Shown: positions 9,301 through 43,830 of the stretch, one piece after another | Layout: each line of letters begins with the position of its first letter | Numbering within the stretch: the first letter of the stretch is position 1 | Assembly (NCBI RefSeq): GCF_902713615.1 | Contig: NC_052164.1 | Location: 18,712,114 to 18,776,113, forward strand | Length of the DNA stretch: 64,000 bases | DNA from: Scyliorhinus canicula | Taxonomy: Eukaryota | Reading direction: 5' to 3' | Made by a program: the position numbers and the translations under genes | The notes under the pieces: model-generated | Seen by the model: the letters and a program-made list of their open reading frames with translations, nothing else | Told to the model about the DNA's origin: nothing | Databases searched by the model: none

Positions 9301-12143
9301 AATAAATCCAAGCCACAAATATCAGTGAAAACCACCACTGTACTTTTAAAATTTAGTCTAATTTCTTGGTCACTAAAACAAGGGTTACATTAGGTTCAGA
9401 TGTTCAGTTTATACCTGGACTTTAGAAATTCTTTCATTTAGGGTACTAGGTGTTTTAGTGGCACTGAATGTTAGAGGAGTTTTTTCTGCCCAAGGATAGA
9501 ATAGATGTTTCGTGGAAACAGTATAACTATTTGGATGAAAGTACAGAGAAGTCAACAGTTTATCATCAAGTTAGATTTCAGGCTCCCTTCATTATGATAT
9601 AATGCTATAACTTGTTTTACTTTTACAGGTTTATGATTCGATACATTGAAAAACTCTATTCATCTACTTGCACAGGTTCTGAGAAAAACACAGAAAAACA
9701 TGGCTGGGGACTGTTGCAAGTTAGAATCCAAGATCACTTTGTGCTGCGGATCATGTCTTGTGTTCAAATAGCAAGCAAGGTCTCATTCCATTACCAGGTA
9801 AAGTATAACATCATCAGAACCTTTCTTCTGCAATGTACAAATTCCATTTCATTGGAGCCAACCTATATTTTCCATCTCTTTCTCCAGATTGTTGATATCA
9901 CTATGGCCCTGAAATTTCTCCAGTCTCTTGGTTACTCATACAAGAGAGAAGATTTTCTGGATTCAGAACTGCTTGTCCTTGAAACTCTGAGTTTTCAAGT
10001 CAATGTCCCTTCTCCTTTCACTCACACTGAAATACTATTAGAAGTCATGGGTGAGTGAGAAAAATGTAATCACGAGTTAATAACAATTGGGATGGCATTG
10101 TAGCCAAAATGCTGAAGAGGGGGGCCAAAAGACAGACGAGTGTGAATTTGCATTTTTATCACTTTATGAATCTGGTGCTTCATTGCTGTCATGTAATGTA
10201 AAAGTTACGTGACAATTAATTAGTCACTGCAAAACTAAATATGCATACTTGACTGAAGGCACATTCAAAGTACATACTATAGTACAACAGGTTGAGCATC
10301 CCTTATCTGAAATTCCAAAATCTGATACACTCTTGACCCCAAGCGTTTCAGATAAGGGATTTTCAGCCTGTACTACTGAATTCCTGTTTAGTCAGCTCTA
10401 TAGCAATGATTTAACCAACAGCATATAGTGACTCTTTAAAAACAGGAACAATGTCACCTAAACCACTTGGGGAAAAAAAACTTCCATTTCTGTGTACTTT
10501 CCATGTTCAGAATGATCCATGTTGATATATATTTTTTAAAGGATACAATGATCCATCAGTTCCAGTTGAACACCTACATGGTATTGCCCTGAAGGTGCTG
10601 AAATTTGTTTACCTCATGAGAAACACCATCTATGAAAACTTATTAAAAATGGCTATTGAAAATTCTACACCTAGTGAACTCCAAAGGCAAGTATTTTTGT
10701 TTGTCACCTTAGAATCAATAGTCCTTTAAAAAAAAACTTAGCACCTTTGGTTCTATTAGTTAGTTTAGGATTTGAAGATGGCTGCAGTTTGTATTAAAAC
10801 CTAGCTCTCCAGCTTCAACAAAAAAAATGTATCACATTTGAACAGCAAGATAGGCAGCTAATTTTAGTCTAATAGTTCCAGTCGGCCATAACTCAAGTCC
10901 AAACTACAATCTTCATTCAACTGAACACTGCTATTCTTAAATCTTTTTTCAAATAAGCCTTCCAATTTTGATACATCCTTTCTGTTACGATAGTGGCGTG
11001 GTATCATGGCAGTCTTATTTCTTTCAGATAAAAGGACTATTCTGCTTAAACTACTTACTGTAAGTACAGTGAAAAATTATTGCATTCACCCCCATATGAA
11101 TCACCTTGTATGGTTCCTAACCTCTGACCTGTTCTCGTAGCCACATAGGGCTACAAGAGGAATTCAGAGGCTAGGAACCCTGCGACAAGTTACTCCACCT
11201 GACACTCCAAAGCCTGTCCACCATCTACAAAGCACAAGTCTAGAGTGTGATGGAATACTCTACACTTACCTGGTACCCCTTTCACAAAACATCGATGAAC
11301 AGTGGCAGCAGTGTACCATCTACAAGATGCACTACAGAAACTCTCCAAGGCTCCTTTCAAACCCATGTCTGTTACCATCTAGAAGGACAAAGGCAACTGA
11401 TAAATGGGAACAACTACTCTTCGGAGTTCCACTTCCAAGTCACTCACCACCCTGACTTGGAAATATATTGCTTTTCCTCCATTGTTGCTGGGTCAAAATC
11501 CTGGAACACCCTCCCTAACAGCACAGTGGGGGTACCTACACCACAGACTGCAACAGTTCAAGAAGGCAACTTGCTATCATCTTCAAGGGAAATTAATACT
11601 GGCCTAGCCAGCGATGCATACATCCCATTAATTAATTTTAAAATTCTTGGTTGAGATTTATGTACAGTCAATGATAGAATGTCAGGCAGCCTTTTAATTA
11701 AGTGCACTTTTAATTTGTGTAAGTCCACATGTCCTTATATGCTTAAAATACAAAATCAAATAACATTTTACTTTATCACAGGGCAAAGTTTGTGACTGTA
11801 AAGGAAGATTGCATGCTTCTAGCTGTTGGGGTCATTGGAACAAGTGCATTTATACTGAACTATACACCATGGTTCAAGGTAGTAAATAATACAAATCATA
11901 TTATAAATGCAATTACTTTACTAGATATCAGTTAGCCAATTCATTTATCCATTATTCTCAAGCATCTTCCTTTAAGAAGAGATGAGTAATTGATTGAAAG
12001 AATGATCTTAATTTTGTTTTTTGTTTACAAAAAAGGTTGTACAGCAGCTGGCCTCAATTAGTGGTGTAACAGAAGAAAGCATTTCTGAGTTTTCTCAAGT
12101 AATATTAAGACACATTTTTCCAGGAGCATATAATTTGAAATAA
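6183..12143 (+). CDS. CNTD1: Cyclin N-terminal domain-containing protein 1 (meiotic crossover factor), join(6183..6375,6472..6547,9629..9797,9888..10050,10542..10686,11782..11878,12036..12143), 316 aa
   Basis: The spliced CDS is 951 nt and stays in frame. The translation matches vertebrate CNTD1 motifs (EFVFLLCEQ..YQAVEILERFM, LRIMSCVQIASK, SELLVLETLSFQVNVPSP, IENSTPSELQ, KEDCMLLAVG). Introns are GT-AG except intron 5 (GC-AG). It is convergent with BECN1, as in other vertebrates. Confidence 0.95.
6472..6547 (+). CDS. CNTD1: CNTD1 coding exon 2 (EFVFLLCEQLGLHQVTRYQAVEILER)
   Basis: Acceptor tcgcag|, donor ag|gtaaaa; strong similarity to CNTD1. Confidence 0.95.
6777..7187. mobile_element. GC-rich MITE (PIF/Harbinger-like)
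   Basis: TIRs gggctggattctcc ... ggagaatcccgccc. Confidence 0.7.
7350..8226 (+). mobile_element. Internally deleted L1-clade fragment in CNTD1 intron 2
   Basis: APE motif IMGGDFNCIL joined to ORF2 C-terminal PANHAHMFWGCEKL; ends aataaaatacattttaaaaaa. Confidence 0.8.
8290..9190 (+). mobile_element. Penelope-like retroelement remnant
   Basis: Degenerate HSYLDY..S....CKKPIPFSQF..CS RT-thumb-region peptide, LVYCIHCS...LLY GIY-YIG-like segment, and a gaaacgttaact...cagatgctg tail. Confidence 0.7.
9629..9797 (+). CDS. CNTD1: CNTD1 coding exon 3 (FMIRYIEK...SKVSFHYQ)
   Basis: Acceptor ttttacag|, donor cag|gtaaag. Confidence 0.95.
9888..10050 (+). CDS. CNTD1: CNTD1 coding exon 4 (IVDITMALKFLQ...ILLEVM)
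   Basis: Acceptor tctttctccag|, donor g|gtgagt. Confidence 0.95.
10288..10370. mobile_element. 83-bp Tc1/mariner (Tigger4-like) MITE
   Basis: TIRs caggttgagcatcccttatctgaaa / tttcagataagggattttcagcctg, followed by TA. Confidence 0.7.
10542..10686 (+). CDS. CNTD1: CNTD1 coding exon 5 (GYNDPSVPVEHLH...STPSELQ)
   Basis: Acceptor ttttttaaag|; the GC donor ag|gcaagt is required to keep frame with exon 6. Confidence 0.9.
11120..11635 (+). mobile_element. LINE 3' fragment (family of 2200-3240)
   Basis: Reverse-complement similarity to 2200-2800. Confidence 0.75.
11782..11878 (+). CDS. CNTD1: CNTD1 coding exon 6 (AKFVTVKEDCMLLAVG...TPWFK)
   Basis: Acceptor tatcacag|, donor aag|gtagta. Confidence 0.95.
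12036..12143 (+). CDS. CNTD1: CNTD1 coding exon 7 (VVQQLASISG...GAYNLK*)
   Basis: Matches the CNTD1 C-terminal helix; TAA at 12141-12143. Confidence 0.9.
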   Translation, partial: VVQQLASISGVTEESISEFSQVILRHIFPGAYNLK

Positions 12144-12248
12144 GTTTCAATGTTAATTGATACTGTATTTTGTCTGTACAGTAGTGATTTTGTAAATTAT
12201 CTAGCGAGTTGCAGATTACCGAGATTTACAATTTGTTTTAAAATAATG

Positions 12249-12316
12249 AATAAAAGTAATCTTGTGCATAGATCTGTAATATTCTGACTTAACATGGTAC
12301 TAAATTACACAATAAA
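12249..12316 (+). terminator. Candidate CNTD1 polyadenylation signals
   Basis: AATAAA at 12249 and 12311, 100-170 nt after the stop codon. Confidence 0.55.
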
Positions 12317-13102
12317 TATGTACGTTCAAATGGAAGTTTGTTTAAATGTTTTCTACAATCTTAAGAATATGAAGAAAGTTTTCCAGCAAGAAAATAAATG
12401 TAGATGGGCAAAAATAAATTAAGAGGAAATGGTTATTAACAGTTTGATTTCAACTCCATAACCAAATTCGTACTGGAAGAATTTGTCTGAAGCATTAAAA
12501 AAAAAAACAAAACACACTTACTCAATTAACATGCTTGGAGCAGATCATGCAATGGTGGTTTACAAATTTCTCCATGGTTTCACCCCCTTCCCATCTGCTC
12601 CAGCCCTGGAATCCCAAGAAATCTGACTCCTCCAATCTGCCTGCTCCCTTGTCCCCAAGTTTTCATTGCTGCACCATTAGCAGTCATTCCTTCAGCTGCC
12701 TATTCCCCGAACTCGGCAATTCCCTCCCTAAACCTCTCCTCCTTTAAGACACTCCTCAAACCTACTTATTTGATCAAGCTGTTTAAAACATTTTATTACA
12801 TTAAAGATAGTATATAAATTCACATTGCCACGATGTATTTCCTAGTAGGAAGTTAATGGCAATTCAGTGACTCCTAGGGCTGGCATAGAATAAAAAAAGG
12901 ATTGTTGTTCAAGTGGAGTTTGAGACTAGTAAATTAAAAATAGTACTGAATGAAATAAAATGAAAGCACGTTTATATAGAGTCTTTGTTACAACAGTTCT
13001 CCTGAGGTACTGGCCTACCACTGGAGGAAAGAGAAGGCAAATACAAATAACTGCATTAATTCAACAATTTAAATCCAGAAATGTTTTAATTAATGGATAT
13101 TT

Positions 13103-14907
13103 TTTATTGTGTAACGGAATTCAAAATACTAAATACTTTTATCACACAGTAACCCTACCAAAGTTTTCAGTGCATTAGTATACAGCAGTATACCAAGAAA
13201 ACATAACAGTATTTTCCATAACTACAATTTCAAAAGTTCCTGACTCATCAACACATTGGCTCTAAATACAGATTATTCATGGAGTCATCTCAATTTTTAT
13301 ATGAAACACCCGCTTTTATCAGTTTTTTCAGTAGCGCAAATACGTGTCGAGATCAAATTACTCAGATGGACTCTGTGACTACAAGTATTTAACTCTGGTC
13401 CAACATTTGTGCTCTAACATTGGATCTCAACTCTTCACCTTACATTCTAATGCTATTTTAAGGGACACACGAGAGCGTGCACCGTAGCAGTTGCTAAAGA
13501 AAACCGTTACGCTTGTGTACATGTTAAATGCATAAAGTATTTTCCCAGACACATTCCTTTCTTAGAAAATTTGATGTAGCCAAGACTTTAATCATAAATG
13601 GGAAAATTCCAAATTCTGTCATGCAGCATCATAACTTTCTGCTGTCTTGAAAAGATCACTGCAGGTTTCTTAATCCTCAGAGTAAATCAACAAAATAACA
13701 CTCCGTTCATGTGAACAAATAACAAAAACAGCTGGGCTCTTAACCATTTTGTGGCTAGATTCCCACATTTGTTGAGTTACAGAAAATTGAACTTGATTTT
13801 TAGTAGGGGCTAGGTGTGATTTTAAGAGTCCGTTTGCCACGAGCGGAAATCCCGCTATCGCCGCTAAATCGCGCGAGTGGCTAGAAAGTGCAGGAACCCG
13901 ATTTGTAAGAATTTACATCAATTTAACTGTAACTAAATGGCTTTACACCGTAGGGTCCAGCCATGAGAAGTGCCCCCCCACCCCAGTGATACCACACCAG
14001 GGTGAATTGCTATGGTTTTCGAAAATGAAAACCAACCGTGATGACCACGCAGCACGGGGTGCAGAGGTGCCTGGAGGCAGAGGTTGGGCTTTGCACCAGA
14101 GCAGTGCCAGAGGGCACAGAGTATTTTTTTTCACAGATCGGGGCGCAGGTGACTGGCTCCATCAGGCCCCTTCAGAATGGCAGTGTAACCACTCCTTTTG
14201 AGTGTCAGATGACTTGGTCAGAAAATCTGGCTGTGTTTCTGGAGAGAAATATGCTGGTTTTCAATCAGAACCGGACACTTTGCCAGTATTTTTGGAAAAT
14301 TCCACCCTAGGCAATGTCTGGAATATATTCAAGGTATTTGGATAAGTTTGAATTAAAGCAATGTTCAAAGACTAACAGCTTTGGAAAAACTCAGTTTATT
14401 TTATATGCATTTAATTTTGTAAATTCATTTCAGAGCTTTCACTTGCTTTTCAGTGATACAATATAAAAAGGAAAGAGCTGCTTTACAACATTTCAAGCTA
14501 AACCAGAGGTATAACAGGATCAGTCAAACAGGTTTTTACTGCGAAATAATATACTAATTTTCACAGAAGCATATTACATATTTAGGTTAAAACACTTATT
14601 GTACAGTAATCCACTGGCGATCAGAATCTGGAAATGATGCAATGATTATATTGTAAATTTAATCCTTCAGTGCGGATGTCATTATGCCTCTAATGAGTAG
14701 AGAATCCTGCCCACAGTCAGCCATGACACCAGTGTGTAAGAAAAGATTTTTCCATTCCATCTACAACAGTAGCACAACATGCCAGACTTAATTGTTATAA
14801 ATAAAACTGCTATATATACACAAATAATTATTAAAATAGTATTTGGGTAATTATAATAGAAGCAATCTTTACCCATGGTTCAGATGACAAACTTCTTGCA
14901 CTTTATT
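13103..14907 (-). terminator. Candidate BECN1 polyadenylation signals
   Basis: Minus-strand AATAAA (plus-strand tttatt) at 14902, 14395 and 13103 in the AT-rich region downstream of the stop. Confidence 0.45.
13810..14308. mobile_element. GC-rich MITE remnant
   Basis: Ends ggtgtgatttt ... aaaattccaccc, with tag at both ends; GC-rich island inside an AT-rich region. Confidence 0.5.
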
Positions 14908-15619
14908 TTGTGGTTCAGAGTTTCTGAATTCCTTATCGTCTTGTAACCACATCAACCCACTATGCAACAAACTCCAGCCCAGCTGCAGGTTTCAGTGATG
15001 AGCACTCAATGCAGTGCATTGCAATAGAAGCTAATACTTAAAAGTTAATGTTTACTTTCATTCCAATGTCTCAACACCAAAACATACATGGTTTATGAAC
15101 TTTCACCTTAATACAATCCAAACTGATCTAAAGGCCAAGGCACCATTAAATTGTAGACTAACACAGAAAAAAATTATCCATCTAGCCACCCGGCCGTTAA
15201 TATTTTACATTGTTGAAATGTTACATCACAGAACAATGTTATATTTGAAGTCCTCCACAACTGTTATTACGTTGTCATTTGAAAATAGAAACAAAAAAAA
15301 TCCCAATCTGTTGAAACATATAGTAATCTACTGCATTGATGCAGTCAGTACATGGTGATTTAGTATATCGCACTCAAGATCTATGTCTATATTTTAACCA
15401 CAAATTCAACCCCCTCCCAGATTCCTGTACCCATCAAGCGCCATTATTGCTGTGGCCTTTCAGCCATGCAGTGTCAGCATCAGATATTCTTGAGGTCAGG
15501 TAAAGAGGATAGTTGTCTATTCTGCTGAAACTAAATTGCTGAGTCAGAAAAGCACTGTTAATGTACTGATGTGATATTTCTTCCCCATTTCTCACACAAG
15601 CCATCCTGTGGTTGTGCCG

Positions 15620-15815
15620 GATTGCCAACTAACACATGACTAGGGACAGCTTTGAGCTGCAGACATATGCTAACTAAGAACTGGACTAGAACTACCCCAA
15701 ACCCATTTCACACAAGACCTTTATAACTAACAACTGAGGAAAATTTAATTCCATCAGATTTGGAGCTAGGTCTATAGGTGAAAGGCCAGCATCTAATATC
15801 TAACCACTGTGCCAG
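15620..15815 (-). mobile_element. Ancient tRNA-derived SINE, LF-SINE-like
   Basis: Minus strand ggcacagtggttag..gcctttcacctatag and ggtcttgtgtgaaatgggtttggggtagttctagtccagttcttagt resemble the LF-SINE head and core from memory; not aligned. Confidence 0.45.
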
Positions 15816-15979
15816 CCATTTCTCCAATTTGTCACATTTGATAATTCTATGGTTTATTTCTCAAAGAAAGCATACATAAAAGCACAGTAAGTCACTTTGT
15901 ACAAGCAATAACATTGGGTGAAACCTTGGAAGAATGGTCAGCAAAAGTAGTACAGATTCAATAAGGAAATAGTCTATAA

Positions 15980-40374
<24,395 letters not shown>

Positions 40375-41124
40375 ATCTATACAAGAAGAAAGATGAGAGC
40401 ATGGAATAATAGATCATTTGGCCCATCAAAACCAGTCCTATCACAGACCTGATACAAATTTCCCCCATCATTGACTCTCCCTGACTAATTTAATTTATGG
40501 GAAGGTTCTACTTGAATTTTTCCTAATTACAGTCAACACCAGTGAACACTACAGATTAAGTATGAAAACATAAAAGGTTTGAAATTCACAGCATCTGTAT
40601 TTTTTTCCCAAGTGTGGGAGACACTAAGCAGGTAAAGTAAATATTTGTGTGGCAAATAAATCTCATTCTAGATGCTGCTTCAGATTGGAGATTGCAGATG
40701 CACAGCATCCAAAAACAAACAAAGCAAAAGAAAAAACGTGAATAAATCATATACATACACAGAGTAAAAGAACCAAAAATGGGCTGAAATGGAAAACAGA
40801 AGATGGTCAAATGATTGAAGTGATATCAACATGAGCGAACAGGAGGCATAATGCAGGAAACACAAGACATTTTCTGACAGCATGAGTTAGATCGGGATGT
40901 AAACAAACAGAAACTGGAAATGGAGCAACCATAATGTAGATCCACCCATGAGCATGATGATCCAGCAGAAGATAGTCATCACTTCCCGCCCACAAAACAC
41001 AAGTCAACAATACAGGCAGTGGCTGAAAAATACCTACAAAAGTAAGGTACAGCGCCTCACCCTTACATCCCCGCTATTTAACAGTTAAAAAGACAACAAA
41101 TAATTGTTGCTGCAACTTCAAAAT

Positions 41125-41455
41125 ATTTGGGTGGCACAGTGGTTTGCTCTGCTGCTTCACAGCGCCAGGGACCCGGGTTCAATTCCAGCCTTGGGTTACT
41201 GCGTGGAGTTTGCACGTTCTCCTCGTGTCAGCGTGGGGTTCCTCCAGATGCTGCTGTTTCCTCCCACAGTTCAAAGATGTGCAGGTTAGGTGGATTAGCC
41301 ATGTTAAATTACCCCTTAGTGTCCAAAGATGTGCAGGTTAGGTGAGGTTACAGGGACGGGGCAGGGGAGTGGCTCTAGGTAGGGTACTCTTTCAGAGGGT
41401 AGGTGCAGACGGCATGGACTGAATGGCTTCCTTCTGCAGTGCAGGGATTCTATTC
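41125..41455 (+). mobile_element. HE1/V-SINE
   Basis: Full head, core and CR1-type tail (..tgcagtgcagggattctat). Confidence 0.85.
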
Positions 41456-41492
41456 TGAAAAGATTCAGAATAAGTGCTGTAAATGCACTCTT

Positions 41493-41836
41493 ATAGAACA
41501 GTACAGCACAGAACAGGCCCTTCGGCCCTCGATGTTGTGCCGAGCAATGATCACCCTACTCAAGCCAACGTATCCACCCTATACCAGTAACCCAACAACC
41601 CCCCCCCCCCCCAATTAACCTTATTGTTTAGAACACTAAGGGCAATTTAGCATGGCCAATCCACCTAACCCGCACATCTTTGGACTGTGGGAGGAAACCG
41701 GAGCACCCGGAGGAAACCCACGCACACACGGGGAGGACGTGCAGATTCCGCACAGACAGTGACCCAGCTGGGAATTGAACCTGGGACCCTGGAGCTGTGA
41801 AGCATTTATGCTAACCACCATGCCACCGCGCTGCCC
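41493..41836 (-). mobile_element. HE1/V-SINE
   Basis: Reverse copy; its tail is shared with 52436-52510. Confidence 0.85.
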
Positions 41837-42031
41837 AAAATCGACTTAAAAGCCGACTTATCAACTTAAAAGTCACCCATTCCCCCCCCCCCCCAATCTA
41901 ATCAAACGATCCTCATCCAAAACATTAGTTACCTCAGCATTTGTTTTCTTAGCCCTGACTGGCTTCTCCTCCCTTCGATAAAAGACAATAACACCGTTAG
42001 TCCCAGCTCCGTAAGGAAGGGGGGGGTTGGC

Positions 42032-42034
<3 letters not shown>

Positions 42035-42066
<32 letters not shown>

Positions 42067-43412
42067 GGCGCGGGGAGGGGGTTGGCGCGGGGAGGGGGTG
42101 GGCGCGGGGAGGGGGTGGGCGTGGGGGTGTGTCTCAGGGATGTGTCTCAGGGATGTGTGTGTGGATGTATGTGTGTGTGGGTGCATGTGTGTTTGGGGGG
42201 TGGGATGTGTGGGGGGTGGGGTGTGTGGGGGAGTGGTGTGTGTGTGGGGGGGGGAGTGGTGTGTGTGTGTGGGGGGGGGGAGTGGTGTTGTGTGTGTGGG
42301 GGGGGGGGGGAGTGGTGTGTTGTGGGGGGGGGGGGGGAGTGGTGTGTGTGGGGGGGGAGTGGTGTGTGTGGGGGGGGTGGTGGGGTGTGTGTGGGTGGGG
42401 GGGGAGTGGTGTGCGTGTGTGTGGGGGGAGTGATGTGTGTGTGTGTGTGGGGGGGGGGGGAGTGGTGTGTGTGTGTGGGGGGGGAGTGGTGTGTGTGGTG
42501 GGGGGGGGGAGTGGTGTGTGTGGGGGGGGGGAGGGTGGTGTGTGGGGGGGGAGTGGTGCGTGTGTGGGGGGGGAGTGGTGTGGGGGGAGGGGGAGTGGTG
42601 GGGGGGGGAGTGGTGTGGGGGGGGGGGAGTGGTGTGGGGGGGGGGAGTGGTGTGGGGGGGGGGAGTGGTGTGGGGGGGGGGAGTGGTGTGGGGGGGGGTA
42701 GTGGTGTGGGGGGGGGGGAGTGGTGTGGGGGGGTGTGGTGTGGGGGGGGGAGTGGTGTGTGGGGGGGGGGGGGAGTGGTGTGTGGGGGGGGGAGTGTGTG
42801 TGGGGGGGAAGTGGTGTGTGGGGGGGGGGAGTGGTGTGTGGTGTGGGGGGGGGAGTGGTGTGTGTGTGGGGGGGGAGGGGTGTGTGTGTTGGGGGGGGGG
42901 GAAGTGGTGGTGTTGTGGGGGAGTGGTTGTGTGTGTGGGGGATGGTGTGTGTGGGGGGGAGTGGTGTGTGTGTGTGGGGGGAGTGGTGTGTGGGGGGGGT
43001 GTATGAGGGGTGTGTGTGTGGGGGGAGTGGTGTGTGTGTGTGGGTGGGAGTGGTGTGTGTGTGTTTGGGGGGGGGAGTGGTGTGTGTGGGGAGAGTGGTG
43101 TGTGTGGGGGGAGTGGTGTGTGTGGGGGGAGTGGTGTGTGTGGGGGGAGTGGTGTGTGTGGGGGGAGTGGTGTGTGTGTGGGGGTGAGTGGTGTGTGGGG
43201 AGAGTGGTGTGTGTGTGGGGGGAGTGGTGTGTGTGGGGGGGTGTATGAGGGGTATGTGTGTGGGGGGAGTGGTGTGTGTGTTTGGGGGGGGGGGGAGTGG
43301 TGTGTGTGTTTGGGGGGGGGAGTGGTGTGTGTGTTTGGGGGGGGGGGGGAGTGGTGTGCGGGGGGGGGGAGTGGTGTGCGGGGGGGGGGGAGTGTATGTG
43401 GGTGTGTGTGTG
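42035..43412 (+). repeat. G-rich minisatellite (G5-11 AGTGGTGT(GT)n) preceded by a (TG)n tract
   Basis: Dozens of variable-length units; the plus strand is almost free of C; explains the P/H/T- and G/V/C-rich spurious ORFs. Confidence 0.97.
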
Positions 43413-43478
43413 CCTCATGAAGCGGCTCGACACGGCTGTGGGGGAAGCGCAGCTCAGAGCCAGTGGTCACACTCTCAC

Positions 43479-43650
43479 CTCATGAGTTTCCTGGGCAGCC
43501 TGGCCAGGGACATGCGGCGGGCCGGCTGATGCTGAACAAGCCGCTCAGTCCAAGCACATGTCCGAGCGACGGGTGAGTGGATGACAGTCTCTCCTCTCTC
43601 CCGCTGTCTCTGATGATGTTGTTGTTCCTGTTCTCTTCCCTCTCCCCCAG
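43479..43650 (-). other. BECN1: Probable BECN1 non-coding exon 1 (5' boundary uncertain)
   Basis: Minus-strand donor gag|gtgaga at 43478 inside the CpG promoter. The first coding exon has an acceptor 2 nt upstream of the ATG, so an upstream UTR exon is required. Confidence 0.55.
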
Positions 43651-43790
43651 GCCGGAAATGAGGTCACTGCCGGAAATGAGGACACTTCCAGCCGCCTTGC
43701 GACATTGCTTTGCAACATTAAGGCAGCCAATGGGCGGCCGGTTGACGTCAGTGCGCCGGGGCCGGGGGCGGCGCTGATTCTTTGCAACAT
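43640..43790. promoter_or_regulatory. Bidirectional BECN1/PSME3 promoter
   Basis: Tandem ETS/GABP-type gccggaaatgagg (43651, 43669), CCAAT (43727), perfect CRE TGACGTCA (43743-43750) and GC boxes; lies between the divergent genes. Confidence 0.8.
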
Positions 43791-43830
43791 GTCGGGGCTG
43801 CTGAAAGTGGACAATGCGCTCAGAACCAAG
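43789..43830 (+). CDS. PSME3: PSME3 coding exon 1
   Basis: gcaacATGt; donor aag|gtaagg. Confidence 0.92.

Noticed and set aside
41925-42020. Alternative BECN1 5' exon ending at the donor gag|gtaact (41932)
   Set aside because: The donor is plausible, but no acceptor or promoter evidence supports it without transcript data
42035-43412. CRISPR array or telomeric repeat
   Set aside because: Eukaryotic context, no unique spacers, and the unit is not TTAGGG
41929-43529. Long ORFs (513, 428, 402 aa and others) rich in P/H/T or G/V/C
   Set aside because: Translations of a stop-poor G/T minisatellite, open in most frames; not extensin- or keratin-like genes
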